Below, piece after piece: positions 1 through 13,032 of a stretch of 64,000 nt of DNA. How positions within the stretch are numbered: the stretch's first letter is position 1; each line of letters starts with the position of its first letter. The stretch comes from Acidimicrobiia bacterium (lineage in GTDB: Bacteria; Actinomycetota; Acidimicrobiia; Spongiisociales; ZC4RG35): positions 1,984,001 to 2,048,000 of the forward strand of contig CBDBCY010000004.1 of the NCBI GenBank assembly GCA_965203555.1. Reading direction: 5' to 3'. Under the pieces are notes generated by a model, which was not told the DNA's origin, did no database searches, and worked only from the letters and a program-made list of their open reading frames with translations. Both the position numbers and the translations under genes were made by a program.

Positions 1-35
1 TCAAACTCCAATATTAGCGAGGAGGGACATCGGGG

Positions 36-205
36 ATGAACCGACTAAAACAAACTTCAGCCCCTTTCGTGAGAACTGTCACTTGCCCAGGTCGCTACGG
101 CTACGGACGGGAACCATGGTCTGAGCCTGACGGTCAGACCCATCCAAATCAAGGGACGGCTCTCGAAGACTTGGGTTCAAAGGATTCGGAACCTGAATCC
201 AAGGG
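36..205 (+). pseudogene. Frameshifted relic of a tyrosine integrase N-terminal arm-DNA-binding domain (DUF4102-like)
   Basis: A GGAGG RBS precedes the ATG at 36. The first frame reads TSAPFVRTVTCPGRYGYGR and a shifted frame continues HGLSLTVRPIQIKGRLSKTWVQRIR. Together they resemble the 'AFVRTV..PGRYGDG..GLSL.V....SK.W.QR' start of P4-like integrases. No catalytic domain follows. Confidence 0.65.
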
Positions 206-316
206 CCCCCCATACGCCACAAAGAGAGTTGCCGCTTACCGCGACCTACGGGAGATTGTCAACCAGCAACCGCCCTACACCTCTGAGTTGTGCCAGATTG
301 CAATCGGGGCCGCATC

Positions 317-365
317 GTATACAAAGCTATGCGTCTTGCGTTATGCAACAATCTAAAGCGCAATA
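317..365. repeat. 49-bp direct repeat, copy A (imperfect palindrome core)
   Basis: GTATACAAAGCTATGCGTCTTGCGTTATGCAACAATCTAAAGCGCAATA; 39/49 identical, ungapped, to 554-602 by manual alignment. Confidence 0.85.
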
Positions 366-445
366 GCTCGCGGTAAAAAGGCTGCGGTCGGCCGTCTTGA
401 CAAATCTACGCAGACTCGGCGCAGCTATTGCTAGCCGGTTCACTC

Positions 446-485
446 TCGGGCCACCGATGTCGACGGCAAAAGCCCGTGCCTCCCG
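446..485 (+). pseudogene. Relic fragment of a paralog of the downstream AlbA_2/ATPase gene
   Basis: 32/40 nt identical to 973-1012. It translates as RATDVDGKSPCLP versus RAIDVDGKPQCRP in the intact gene. Confidence 0.7.
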
Positions 486-553
486 TGCTTGCCGACGGGG
501 CCCCAGCAAGGGTGGCCTCGTGAACCTAACAGGCTAAGGACCGCTGCCATGCT

Positions 554-602
554 GTATACAAAGTTATGCACGGTGCGTTATGTCAATATCTAACGCGCAA
601 TA
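554..602. repeat. 49-bp direct repeat, copy B, immediately upstream of a probable leaderless promoter
   Basis: Contains the inverted repeat GCGTTA-N10-TAACGC (575-596). A TATAGT -10-like hexamer at 610-615 lies 7 nt before the ATG at 623. Confidence 0.85.
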
Positions 603-622
603 AAGCGTGTATAGTTGTGGGG

Positions 623-2275
623 ATGCAGGCTCGAGGGACCGAAGAGATCATCTCAGAAGGCGAGACGTACTGGGTCGAGTTCAAGACCGATGCCAGTGAC
701 GATGAAATAGTCGAAGCGGTCGTATGTCTCGCGAACGGGGACGGAGGGCGACTCCTGATCGGGGTGGCGAATGATGGATCGGTCAATGGAGCATCCCATC
801 GACACGGCACCTCGACAGACCCCCGTAGGATCGAGGCGCTTGTCGCCAACAAGACGTCCCCCGCCCTATGGGTGGAAGCATATGTAGAAGTGCTAGGCCC
901 CGGCGAGGTGATAACGATCCGTGTGCCGAGACCAAGATCCCTTGTCGCAACAACCTCGGGCAAGTACATGCGTCGGGCTATCGATGTCGACGGCAAGCCA
1001 CAGTGCCGCCCGATCCTTCCCCACGAGGTTCCCGGAAGGGTGGCCGAGCTCGGGTTGCGCGACTTGTCGGCGTTCCCACTGGCGGATCTGTCGGTGCAGG
1101 ATCTCGACGCCGCCGAACTCGACCGGTTCCGGAGTCTCGCGGAAGGCGGCGGTGACGAAGCCCTCGCCACCCTATCGGGAGAAGAGCTCCTCTCCGCACT
1201 TGGATTCAGAACTGTCGACGGCGTCCTCACACTAGGTGCCGCCTTGCTATTCGGGACTCCGGACATCCTCCAGACTATGGTCCCGACACACTCAACGGTC
1301 TTCCAGGCGCTCGACGAATACGACGCCGTCCGAGCCAACCGGCGCCTCCAGGTTCCCCTTATCCGGGCAATGGTCGAACTCTCTGAAGCGATAAGGCCCT
1401 ACAACCCTGAGGAGGAGGTCGACGATGGGCTCTTCAGGCTTGGACTACCCCTTTACTCCGAGATCGCGATTCGGGAGTTGATCGGAAACGCCTTCGCCCA
1501 CCGCGACTATTCGATCAATGGTGAGGTCCGGGTCGCCATCGAAGGCGCCACCCTTTCGGTCAGCAATCCGGGCGGTTTCCCAACCGGTATCAGGATCGAC
1601 AACCTCTTGACTGCACCGCCACAGGCGCGGAACCCCCTAATCGCCGATGCTTTCAAGCGAGCAGGGCTAGTCGAGCGGGTTGGACGTGGTATCAACAGGG
1701 TCTACCGTAACCAACTCGCTCTGGGAAGACCCCTTCCCGACTATTCGCGTTCCACTCGGGGCTGGGTAGAGGCCCGACTACCAGCTGGGCCAGCCGATCG
1801 GGAACTCGCCGCGTTCGTCGCCATGTCGGCTCGAGAAGGTAAGCGCCTCGATCTACACGCTCTACAAGTGCTACACGAGGTTCGAGCCGAAGGTCGGATC
1901 ACATCGGCTCATGCAGGACAGATCTTCCATGTCAGCCGTGATGAAACGCGGTGGATACTCAATACTCTGGTCGAGCGCGGCTTTCTCGAATCCCGCGGCC
2001 AAGGCAGGGGACGCGCCTACCACCTGACGGCCGCTCTCTACCGGGAGTTGGGGGAGTCGGCGGCATATGTCCGCACTCGTGGCTTCGACCGAATCCAACA
2101 AGAACAGATGGTTCTCACCTACGTCGGCGAACGTGGTTCCATCGCACGCTCAGAGGCGGCCGAGCTTTGCCAGCTGACACCCGATCAGGCTTCACGGCTG
2201 CTGCGGCGAATGGTAAAGGTGGGAAGCCTAGAAATGACGGGTGCCCGACGGACCGCCCGTTACAAGTCGCCATAG
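623..2275 (+). CDS. AlbA_2 (Schlafen-like) + HATPase_c_4 (RecG-C-like) + winged-helix protein
   Basis: N-terminal GETYWVEFK...VVCLANGDGGRLLIGVAND; central IRELIGNAFAHRDY, NPGGF, RNPLIADAF and VERVGRG; C-terminal HTH repeats. The ATG at 623 is preferred over 566. Confidence 0.88.
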   Translation: MQARGTEEIISEGETYWVEFKTDASDDEIVEAVVCLANGDGGRLLIGVANDGSVNGASHRHGTSTDPRRIEALVANKTSPALWVEAYVEVLGPGEVITIRVPRPRSLVATTSGKYMRRAIDVDGKPQCRPILPHEVPGRVAELGLRDLSAFPLADLSVQDLDAAELDRFRSLAEGGGDEALATLSGEELLSALGFRTVDGVLTLGAALLFGTPDILQTMVPTHSTVFQALDEYDAVRANRRLQVPLIRAMVELSEAIRPYNPEEEVDDGLFRLGLPLYSEIAIRELIGNAFAHRDYSINGEVRVAIEGATLSVSNPGGFPTGIRIDNLLTAPPQARNPLIADAFKRAGLVERVGRGINRVYRNQLALGRPLPDYSRSTRGWVEARLPAGPADRELAAFVAMSAREGKRLDLHALQVLHEVRAEGRITSAHAGQIFHVSRDETRWILNTLVERGFLESRGQGRGRAYHLTAALYRELGESAAYVRTRGFDRIQQEQMVLTYVGERGSIARSEAAELCQLTPDQASRLLRRMVKVGSLEMTGARRTARYKSP

Positions 2276-2472
2276 CAGGCTGCGACCCGCGGGCCGGTGC
2301 TAGTGGAACCAAAGCTCGCCCTGAACGGGGATGGAAACTACAGGTGGTGATGTTCGGATTAATGCACCGGAGAATCACACCAAGATGTTCCGCACCACCA
2401 TCAAGACCCCTTGGCGCCGACCATCGTTTCATCCGCGAAATGGTCACTTGTCGTGGCAAACACCTCTAGATG

Positions 2473-2549
2473 TGGTGGAGACGATGGGACTTGAACCCAC
2501 GACCTCCTGCTTGCAAAGCAGGCGCTCTTCCAGGCTGAGCTACGTCCCC
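2473..2549 (-). tRNA. tRNA-Ala(UGC), CCA encoded
   Basis: Reverse complement GGGGACGTAGCTCAGCCTGGAAGAGCGCCTGCTTTGCAAGCAGGAGGTCGTGGGTTCAAGTCCCATCGTCTCCACCA folds as a cloverleaf with anticodon TGC. Confidence 0.97.
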
Positions 2550-2611
2550 TTGAAACCACAAGGATACTCGTCTCCGGGGGTTCCCAGCCTGTGTAATATG
2601 TCTTGCGGAGA

Positions 2612-2686
2612 GGGCTCATAGCTCAGGTTGGTTAGAGCGCATCCCTGATAAGGATGAGGTCCCTGGTTCAAATCCAGGTGGGCCCA
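2612..2686 (+). tRNA. tRNA-Ile(GAU), CCA not encoded
   Basis: GGGCTCATAGCTCAGGTTGGTTAGAGCGCATCCCTGATAAGGATGAGGTCCCTGGTTCAAATCCAGGTGGGCCCA; anticodon GAT. Confidence 0.97.
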
Positions 2687-2867
2687 CAGATATCTGCCTA
2701 CTCCCCCAACCGGGTCACTATCACCCCGCGGCCTTTGCGTCCATTCAGTGGAATGAGCCGGACCCGTCCGGGCACACCGCCCGTCTTCATCTCGGGACCG
2801 GTTCTGTTCTGGTAGGTCGGATGGGTGTCGGCCCTCTCCGAGGCGGGGCGAAACCAAGGGACAGTTG

Positions 2868-3368
2868 TCAGCTTGTCTCGACCACCATGGTGGGCTGGTC
2901 CGGATCGGTCGGCCCGGTGCGGTCGGGTGCGGGAAGGGCTGGCGTCTGAGCAGGTTCGGACGGAGATGCCACCACCACCGGCACCACGTTCTCTTCCAGC
3001 AGCACCACTTCCACGCCACCCACAACGTCGGCTACCAAGTTGTACATGATCGCCGCCAGAGTGGTCAAACCGCAGGACAAAACCGCCCATGCCACCGCCA
3101 GAATGGCAGACAGACGTATGAACTGCTCGGTGTTGGAAAACGGCGCCTCTCCTTCGTCCAAGAGGGTGATCTGGACCAGGAACTCGGTGATCCTCTGCGG
3201 AATTCCGGACCTTTCCACCACTTCCCAGAACATCACCGACGCGAGCATGAAAGCAAAAGCCGCCACCAGATAGACGATCAAAGACACCTTGAGAACAGTC
3301 CATGGGTCTATCCGCCGGATAATTCGACGAACGCGGTGCACCGAGTGAGTGGGCTGGGTATCTAGCAC
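2868..3368 (-). CDS. DUF3566 membrane protein
   Basis: RRIDPWTVLKVS...YNLVADVVGGVEV motif; conserved position after gyrA in Actinomycetota. Confidence 0.9.
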   Translation of the reverse strand: MLDTQPTHSVHRVRRIIRRIDPWTVLKVSLIVYLVAAFAFMLASVMFWEVVERSGIPQRITEFLVQITLLDEGEAPFSNTEQFIRLSAILAVAWAVLSCGLTTLAAIMYNLVADVVGGVEVVLLEENVVPVVVASPSEPAQTPALPAPDRTGPTDPDQPTMVVETS

Positions 3369-3412
3369 AACCAGGAGCCTACCGGCCAGCCACGGGCTAT
3401 GGCAGCGCCCCC

Positions 3413-7818
<4,406 letters not shown>

Positions 7819-7968
7819 CTAGCTTTCTGAAAAACGGCTTTCGTGGATCGCAGGGCAGGAGTTACGGCGACCCTCTTTGATCTGCCATATATTCTAGCCG
7901 AATCGCAGTGACATTTCTCGCCTTTCCTCCTCGTCAAAGAGTGCATTAATAGCCTCTGACCTGCGGGT

Positions 7969-8289
7969 TTAGTGCTCATAGAATGACCTGGCGACCTTTA
8001 TCGCGACATGGTGCACCACCCGTGACCCCAGTGCGCCGTTGAGTTGTTCCAGCAAGCCTGCCGCGCCGTAACGGAGCAAAGTGGCGTCCATTTGCGAGCC
8101 AACCTCCACCACCAGGCAATTGTCCTCGAGGACCAGGGGTCGGGCCTTGTCCCGCCAGGGCCCGGACACCATTTCCCCCCAGTGTCGGCGGATGTGGAGA
8201 TTGGCGGCGACCCTGGGTACCCCCAGCTTCGCCAATGTCTCTTCGACCTGGGTGGCGGCCCGCGTCGGATCGTTGCGAGAGGTTCTCAT
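7969..8289 (-). CDS. DciA/DUF721 family protein
   Basis: 106 aa between recF and gyrB with a 'W.EMV' motif; canonical synteny. Confidence 0.8.
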   Translation of the reverse strand: MRTSRNDPTRAATQVEETLAKLGVPRVAANLHIRRHWGEMVSGPWRDKARPLVLEDNCLVVEVGSQMDATLLRYGAAGLLEQLNGALGSRVVHHVAIKVARSFYEH

Positions 8290-9377
8290 CGTACGCTCCC
8301 CGGCTCCACTGACCAGACCCTTCCTCCCACCGGCGCTTTTCTCTCATCCACTGCGGTCATAAAAGTTTGGGTGGTGGGCAGCCACTCAACCAATGCCCCC
8401 GCCCGGTCCTCGTCAAGTTCGCTGAAGACGTCATCCAGCACCAGCAGCGGTCGGCAGCCGGCTGCCTGCTCCACCGCCTCAAAGGCGCCCAGGCGCAGCG
8501 CAAGCGCCAGGGTTCTCTGCTCGCCCTGGCTGGCGAATAACCTGGCGTCTTCGTCGTTCAGGGTAAGCACCGGCTCATCACGATGGGGACCGGTGGTAGT
8601 GGCGCCCAACAGGAAATCGCGGCGGCGGACCTTGTTCAGGGCTTCCCTCAGTTCCTGTTCCCACACGGCGATCTCCACGGTCGGATCCAGCCTGCCGCCC
8701 CAACCTGATCGATAGTCGACTGCGATAGTCTCGCCCAGGCCCGCGATGGCCCACACCGCCTCTGACAGTGGAGAGAGAACTTCCCGAAAGGCGCGGGCGC
8801 GGGCGTCCATCACCCTGGCGCCCGACTGTGAGAGTCTCTGATCCCATACTTCCAAAGTGATCCGATCTTGCCGGTCCCCGGTCTTCAAGAAGGCGTTGCG
8901 CTGACGGAGCGCTTTCTGGTAATCCGACTGGTCCGCTCTGGCCACCGGCCACAGCAACGCGGCGGTTTCGTCCAGCCAGTCTCGACGCATACCCGGCCCT
9001 CCCTTCACCAGATCCAGGTGCTCCGGTATGAATATCAGCAACCTCCCCATCCTGGCCAACTCGCCGACCCGGGAAAGTCGGGACCCGTTGAGCATTATCC
9101 GGCGTCTCTGCATGCGATGCAACACCAATTCCACCGTGTGTGGAGAACTGTCATCAGTTTCTCCCCGGACCGCCGCCATTTCCAGTCCCGCGGATACCAA
9201 CGCCCGGTCAGGCGCTCCCCGAAAGGATGAGCCAGTGAACAGCATCCCCACTGCTTCCAGCAGGTTGGTCTTACCCACCCCGTTCGGGCCCACCAGCAGA
9301 TTGACCCCTTCCGCTGGCGTCCACCGCAGTTCCGGGTAGGAGCGGAACCCGGCCAGAGTCAGCCAGGCCAACGCCAT
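8286..9377 (-). CDS. recF: DNA replication/repair protein RecF
   Basis: FRSY, GPNGVGKTN, GPHRD, SQGEQR, LLVLDDVFSELD. Confidence 0.97.
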   Translation of the reverse strand: MALAWLTLAGFRSYPELRWTPAEGVNLLVGPNGVGKTNLLEAVGMLFTGSSFRGAPDRALVSAGLEMAAVRGETDDSSPHTVELVLHRMQRRRIMLNGSRLSRVGELARMGRLLIFIPEHLDLVKGGPGMRRDWLDETAALLWPVARADQSDYQKALRQRNAFLKTGDRQDRITLEVWDQRLSQSGARVMDARARAFREVLSPLSEAVWAIAGLGETIAVDYRSGWGGRLDPTVEIAVWEQELREALNKVRRRDFLLGATTTGPHRDEPVLTLNDEDARLFASQGEQRTLALALRLGAFEAVEQAAGCRPLLVLDDVFSELDEDRAGALVEWLPTTQTFMTAVDERKAPVGGRVWSVEPGSVR

Positions 9378-10472
9378 CTACACGTTGACCGGCATCAACA
9401 AGTAGAGAAATTCGTCTCTTTGGGGATCATCTATAACACTGGGTTTCATGCCGTCGATGATGCGGAACCGCACCTTGTCAGCGCCGGTGGCAACTACGCC
9501 GTCGGAAAGGTAGCGGGGATTGAAGGCGACTGTCAGGGTTTGGGTCTCTCCCCCGAACTCTCCTTCTACGAAATCGGTCGCACGCCCGACGTCCTGCCTG
9601 ACAACATTCACCTCGGCGCCGCCATCACTGATGGTCAACCTGACGGGGTAATGATCCTCGGCCACCAACTCCATGCGTCGAATGGTTTCCAGCAACGTTT
9701 CTCGGTCGCAGGTGAATTGGTTGGGGTATTGACTGGGCAGCAAGCCTTCGTAATTCGGATAGTTTCCTTCGATCATCCGCAGCCGGAGAGTGCCGGCCGT
9801 TGAATTGAAGATCCCTTCCCGGCTACTGAAGGACACCTTCACCTTGCTGGCGCCTACGGTGTTAGGTAGTTCCCTCAACCCGCGGGCCGGCAGCAATCCG
9901 GTGGCGTCAAGTCCGATCGCCGGCAAATCGCGCAGGGCCAATCGGTAGGAATCCGTAGCGACCAAGCGCAAGCGCTCGGATGTTGACTCCACCAACACTC
10001 CGGTGAGGACAGCTCTGCCCAAGTCGGTGGAAGCTGCGGGAACCACCTGCTTGATAGCTTCGGTGAGACTCTCCCCTTCCACCTCGGTTCCTGAAGATCC
10101 GCTGACAGAAATCTTTGGAAAGTCTTCGTTGAGTTGTCGCAACGTGTACACCGGTTGGGGATTCTCGCCCGAAATCTTCAACTCGACTTGGTCTTCGGCC
10201 TGCAAGGTCACATCACCCGGCGGCATTCTTCGCACGGCTTGGGTGAACAGCCTCCCAGGGACAATTACCTTGCCCCACTCCTCCACATCGGCTGCTATTT
10301 CGCTGCGAACCGTCACTTCCAGATCGGTACCAGTAACAGCCAGTCTGCCATCGGACGCCTCGCACTGGAGTCCCTGCAGCACAGGAAGCGAACTTCGAGA
10401 ACCAACGGCCCGCTGCGCTCGTCCCAATGCGTCAGCCAGTTGTTCCCGGTTAGCTCGGATCTTCACAAACAT
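9378..10472 (-). CDS. dnaN: DNA polymerase III beta clamp
   Basis: GTDLE, ATDSYRLA, FNPRYL, YLLMPV; lies downstream of dnaA. Confidence 0.97.
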   Translation of the reverse strand: MFVKIRANREQLADALGRAQRAVGSRSSLPVLQGLQCEASDGRLAVTGTDLEVTVRSEIAADVEEWGKVIVPGRLFTQAVRRMPPGDVTLQAEDQVELKISGENPQPVYTLRQLNEDFPKISVSGSSGTEVEGESLTEAIKQVVPAASTDLGRAVLTGVLVESTSERLRLVATDSYRLALRDLPAIGLDATGLLPARGLRELPNTVGASKVKVSFSSREGIFNSTAGTLRLRMIEGNYPNYEGLLPSQYPNQFTCDRETLLETIRRMELVAEDHYPVRLTISDGGAEVNVVRQDVGRATDFVEGEFGGETQTLTVAFNPRYLSDGVVATGADKVRFRIIDGMKPSVIDDPQRDEFLYLLMPVNV

Positions 10473-10670
10473 TCCCCTTTCATTAAGAATTCAATTTAAA
10501 AATAATGGGCGTAGTAACAGTAGGTGCTGTCGACTGTCCACACCTTGGCGGTATCGCTGGCGAATGCTGGGCGAACTACAAAGATGTTTGTATACCGGCA
10601 TACGGAGCTGTGGTCCTTGTCGGAGCGGCTGTGAACATATATGGCGCGACGTGGTCATTGCTTGTTGATA
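10473..10670. other. Replication origin oriC (dnaA-dnaN intergenic)
   Basis: AT-rich tract at about 10478-10506, DnaA-trio run TAGTAACAGTAG (10512-10523), overlapping boxes CTGTCGACT/CTGTCCACA (10527-10542), and further degenerate boxes (TGTGAACAT, TGTTGATAG). This matches the box/GC-linker/trio/AT layout of the B. subtilis unwinding module. Confidence 0.8.
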
Positions 10671-12055
10671 GCGTTGTATATACCGTTGACCCGTCCGGCG
10701 AACTGGCGATCGCCGGAGATTTGGGAGAGGATGCGTCGGTGCGCGGAAAGCACAGTGGAGTGTCCCCTGCGAAACGCGGTACCGATGCGAGCGTATGGCA
10801 ATCCGGTGATTTCACGGGTGAGGTACATCGCGACTTGGCGGGCGGCGGACGGTATCGGGCGTCGATTATGGTTAAGAATTTCCTCGACGGTGGTCCCGAA
10901 CTCCTGCGCGCAGGCCGCGATGATATTTTCTGGGGTTTGCGCCACCGATGCCAAGCCCGACATAGGAGCCAGGTGTTGAAGAGCGGCCTCCGGCGTGACA
11001 GGAAGTTTCGTCAGGTTTGCGTAAGCGTACAGTTGGCGTAGTGCGCTGGCTAGGTCTCGGATGTTGTGTGTGAACTGGTCTGCGATGATCCGGAGGACAC
11101 TGTCGTCCAGGGACATCCGGCCCGTGTCCTGAAGCCGATGCAGAATCGCCATTCGCGTTTGTAGATCCGGCGGAACGATCTCGGTGATAAGACCTGCCGA
11201 GATGCGGCTTCTGGTACGGTCGGAGACGGCAGTGAGGTCTCGAGGGGGACGATCGCAGCCCAGAACAATGTGTTTGCCTTCGTTGTGAAGGCTGTCGAAG
11301 GTCCAGAAGAATTCCTCCAGGGTCTGTTCCTTGCCTTGCAGGAACTGGAAATCGTCGAGTATCAGCATGTCCACCTGCCGGAACCTTCTTCGGAAGGCTT
11401 CCATTTGTCGTTTACCAACGCATTGAATGAAGTCTTGGACGAACTTTTCCGAAGTGCAATAACTAACGGTCAGGTCCGGTCGGCGTGCTCGGGCGCGGTG
11501 GGATATGGCCAGCAGAAGGTGGGTTTTACCGAGCCCGGATGCGCCATAGATGAAAAGAGGGTTGTAACGATCCCCGGGACTTTCTGCCACGGAGGTTGCC
11601 GCCGCATATGCGAACAAATTGGAAGACCCCACCTCAAAGTTGTCGAAGCGGTGGCGATTGGCGGGATGCCGGGGGCTGGGTACGGGCGGGCGCCGCCTAT
11701 CCGGCGCCTTCGAGACGGCGGGAAGAGTAGTTTTGGGAGGTTTGGGTCTGGGCTCGATGCGGTCGGGGTTGACAGTTACCCGGATTCGGGCGGGGAGGTC
11801 GGCGCCCGCGGTTTTTGCTGCCGACTCGACCTGCGATAGGAACCTGCTTAACACTTGGTTGGCCACGAAGCGACTGGGCGCCTCCAAAAGAACTTCCGAT
11901 GACGTTAGGGAGATGTGGATGTCCTTGAACCACCGGGACCAGTCATCCGGAGAGGTGCGGGCGGTTAGCACCTCTCGGAAGATAGTTCGATCAAGACTGG
12001 GGGCGGACGGGGTCAAGGCAGGTTGTCTCCGGGCCTGTGAGCCAAGGCCACCCAT
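10655..12055 (-). CDS. dnaA: Chromosomal replication initiator DnaA
   Basis: FDNFEVGSSN, YNPLFIYGASGLGKTHL, LILDDFQ, RQVAMYL; divergent domain IV signature RGHSTVLSA. Confidence 0.96.
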   Translation of the reverse strand: MGGLGSQARRQPALTPSAPSLDRTIFREVLTARTSPDDWSRWFKDIHISLTSSEVLLEAPSRFVANQVLSRFLSQVESAAKTAGADLPARIRVTVNPDRIEPRPKPPKTTLPAVSKAPDRRRPPVPSPRHPANRHRFDNFEVGSSNLFAYAAATSVAESPGDRYNPLFIYGASGLGKTHLLLAISHRARARRPDLTVSYCTSEKFVQDFIQCVGKRQMEAFRRRFRQVDMLILDDFQFLQGKEQTLEEFFWTFDSLHNEGKHIVLGCDRPPRDLTAVSDRTRSRISAGLITEIVPPDLQTRMAILHRLQDTGRMSLDDSVLRIIADQFTHNIRDLASALRQLYAYANLTKLPVTPEAALQHLAPMSGLASVAQTPENIIAACAQEFGTTVEEILNHNRRPIPSAARQVAMYLTREITGLPYARIGTAFRRGHSTVLSAHRRILSQISGDRQFAGRVNGIYNAINKQ

Positions 12056-12465
12056 GTTCCCGGGGTGGCGCGTGGACCAAGGCGTTTCGGTCGGGGGCTT
12101 GTGGCGAGTTGATGGCTGGGTTGTCCGGTGGGGGGACCTAAAAAGAGCGGGAGTCCCTAGAGTCAGTGTAAGGGCGGCTCACGGTCTCCCTGACAGGCGC
12201 GGTCCCGGTCCGGGGCGAACCCACAAGAATTGCTGCCCCGACCTGCGGAAAGAGCCGCTTAGGGTACAGTTTGCACGGAGAGGGCCGCGACTTGCCTGAG
12301 CAGGGAAAAAACAGGTATGTAACTTGATGCGGAGTTTCTTCGCGATTTCAAGATCTTTTTTGCCACAAAACACGTTGTTTTCACGACTTTGTCAGAACCT
12401 GTTCGCATGCAGGGGGGGTCACTTCTTTACAAAGAAGGAAGGTTCACATGGTTAAGGGCTTGTTC

Positions 12466-13032
12466 TTACGGATGTGAGCGATCAGCTTGCAAGGCGGACC
12501 CGTGCAAGTCGAACCCCAGGCCTGCGACCATCAGCCTCACTCGATCCGCCCGAGCGGCTATCAGTTGGTTGACGCGTCCCAATGCATCCCGGAATACCCG
12601 CCCGAGAGCAGAACCGGGGACAAGGCCTAAACCGACCTCGTTACTCACCAGAATCCAGGCCGCACCAGAGGCGGAAATCAGATCCAGCAAGCGGTCCGTT
12701 TCGACGAGGAGACGGCGTTCACCGTCGCAGTGACCTTCCCTTTCCAGCAGCAAATTGCTTACCCACATGGTTATGCAGTCCACCAGGAAGACGTCATAGG
12801 CGCCGAGATGGGGTCGAAGGGCCGTCACAAGGTCCCGGGGTTCTTCCAAGGTATCCCATGCCGGAGGTCTGGTTTGGCGGTGAATGCGGATTCGATGCTC
12901 CATCTCGTGGTCCCCAGGTTCTGCGGTAGCGACAAATAGAACCCGATCACCATCTTGAGCCAACTGCTCGGCAGCGGTGCTCTTCCCCGAGCGGGCGCCT
13001 CCGAGTATGAAGGTGAGGTGGGCCTCCATCAC
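12466..13032 (-). CDS. cobU: Adenosylcobinamide kinase / adenosylcobinamide-phosphate guanylyltransferase
   Basis: GGARSGKS, EM..RI..H...R, DCIT.W, VSNEVGLG, FRDALGRVNQ. Confidence 0.95.
   Translation of the reverse strand: MMEAHLTFILGGARSGKSTAAEQLAQDGDRVLFVATAEPGDHEMEHRIRIHRQTRPPAWDTLEEPRDLVTALRPHLGAYDVFLVDCITMWVSNLLLEREGHCDGERRLLVETDRLLDLISASGAAWILVSNEVGLGLVPGSALGRVFRDALGRVNQLIAARADRVRLMVAGLGFDLHGSALQADRSHP

Noticed and set aside
36-356. 106-aa ORF as a functional gene
   Set aside because: It is a chimera of an integrase relic that shifts frame near position 110 and unrelated downstream relic sequence.
561-588. Possible dif/Xer site (TTATGTCAA resembles the actinobacterial XerD arm)
   Set aside because: The left arm lacks the ...ATAA XerC half-site, copy A does not keep the arm, and the site is next to oriC. 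It is kept only as part of the 49-bp repeat.
317-602. CRISPR-like repeat-spacer-repeat with a self-matching spacer
   Set aside because: There are only two imperfect 49-bp units, the spacer is about 190 bp, and no cas genes are present. A decayed paralog explains the match better.
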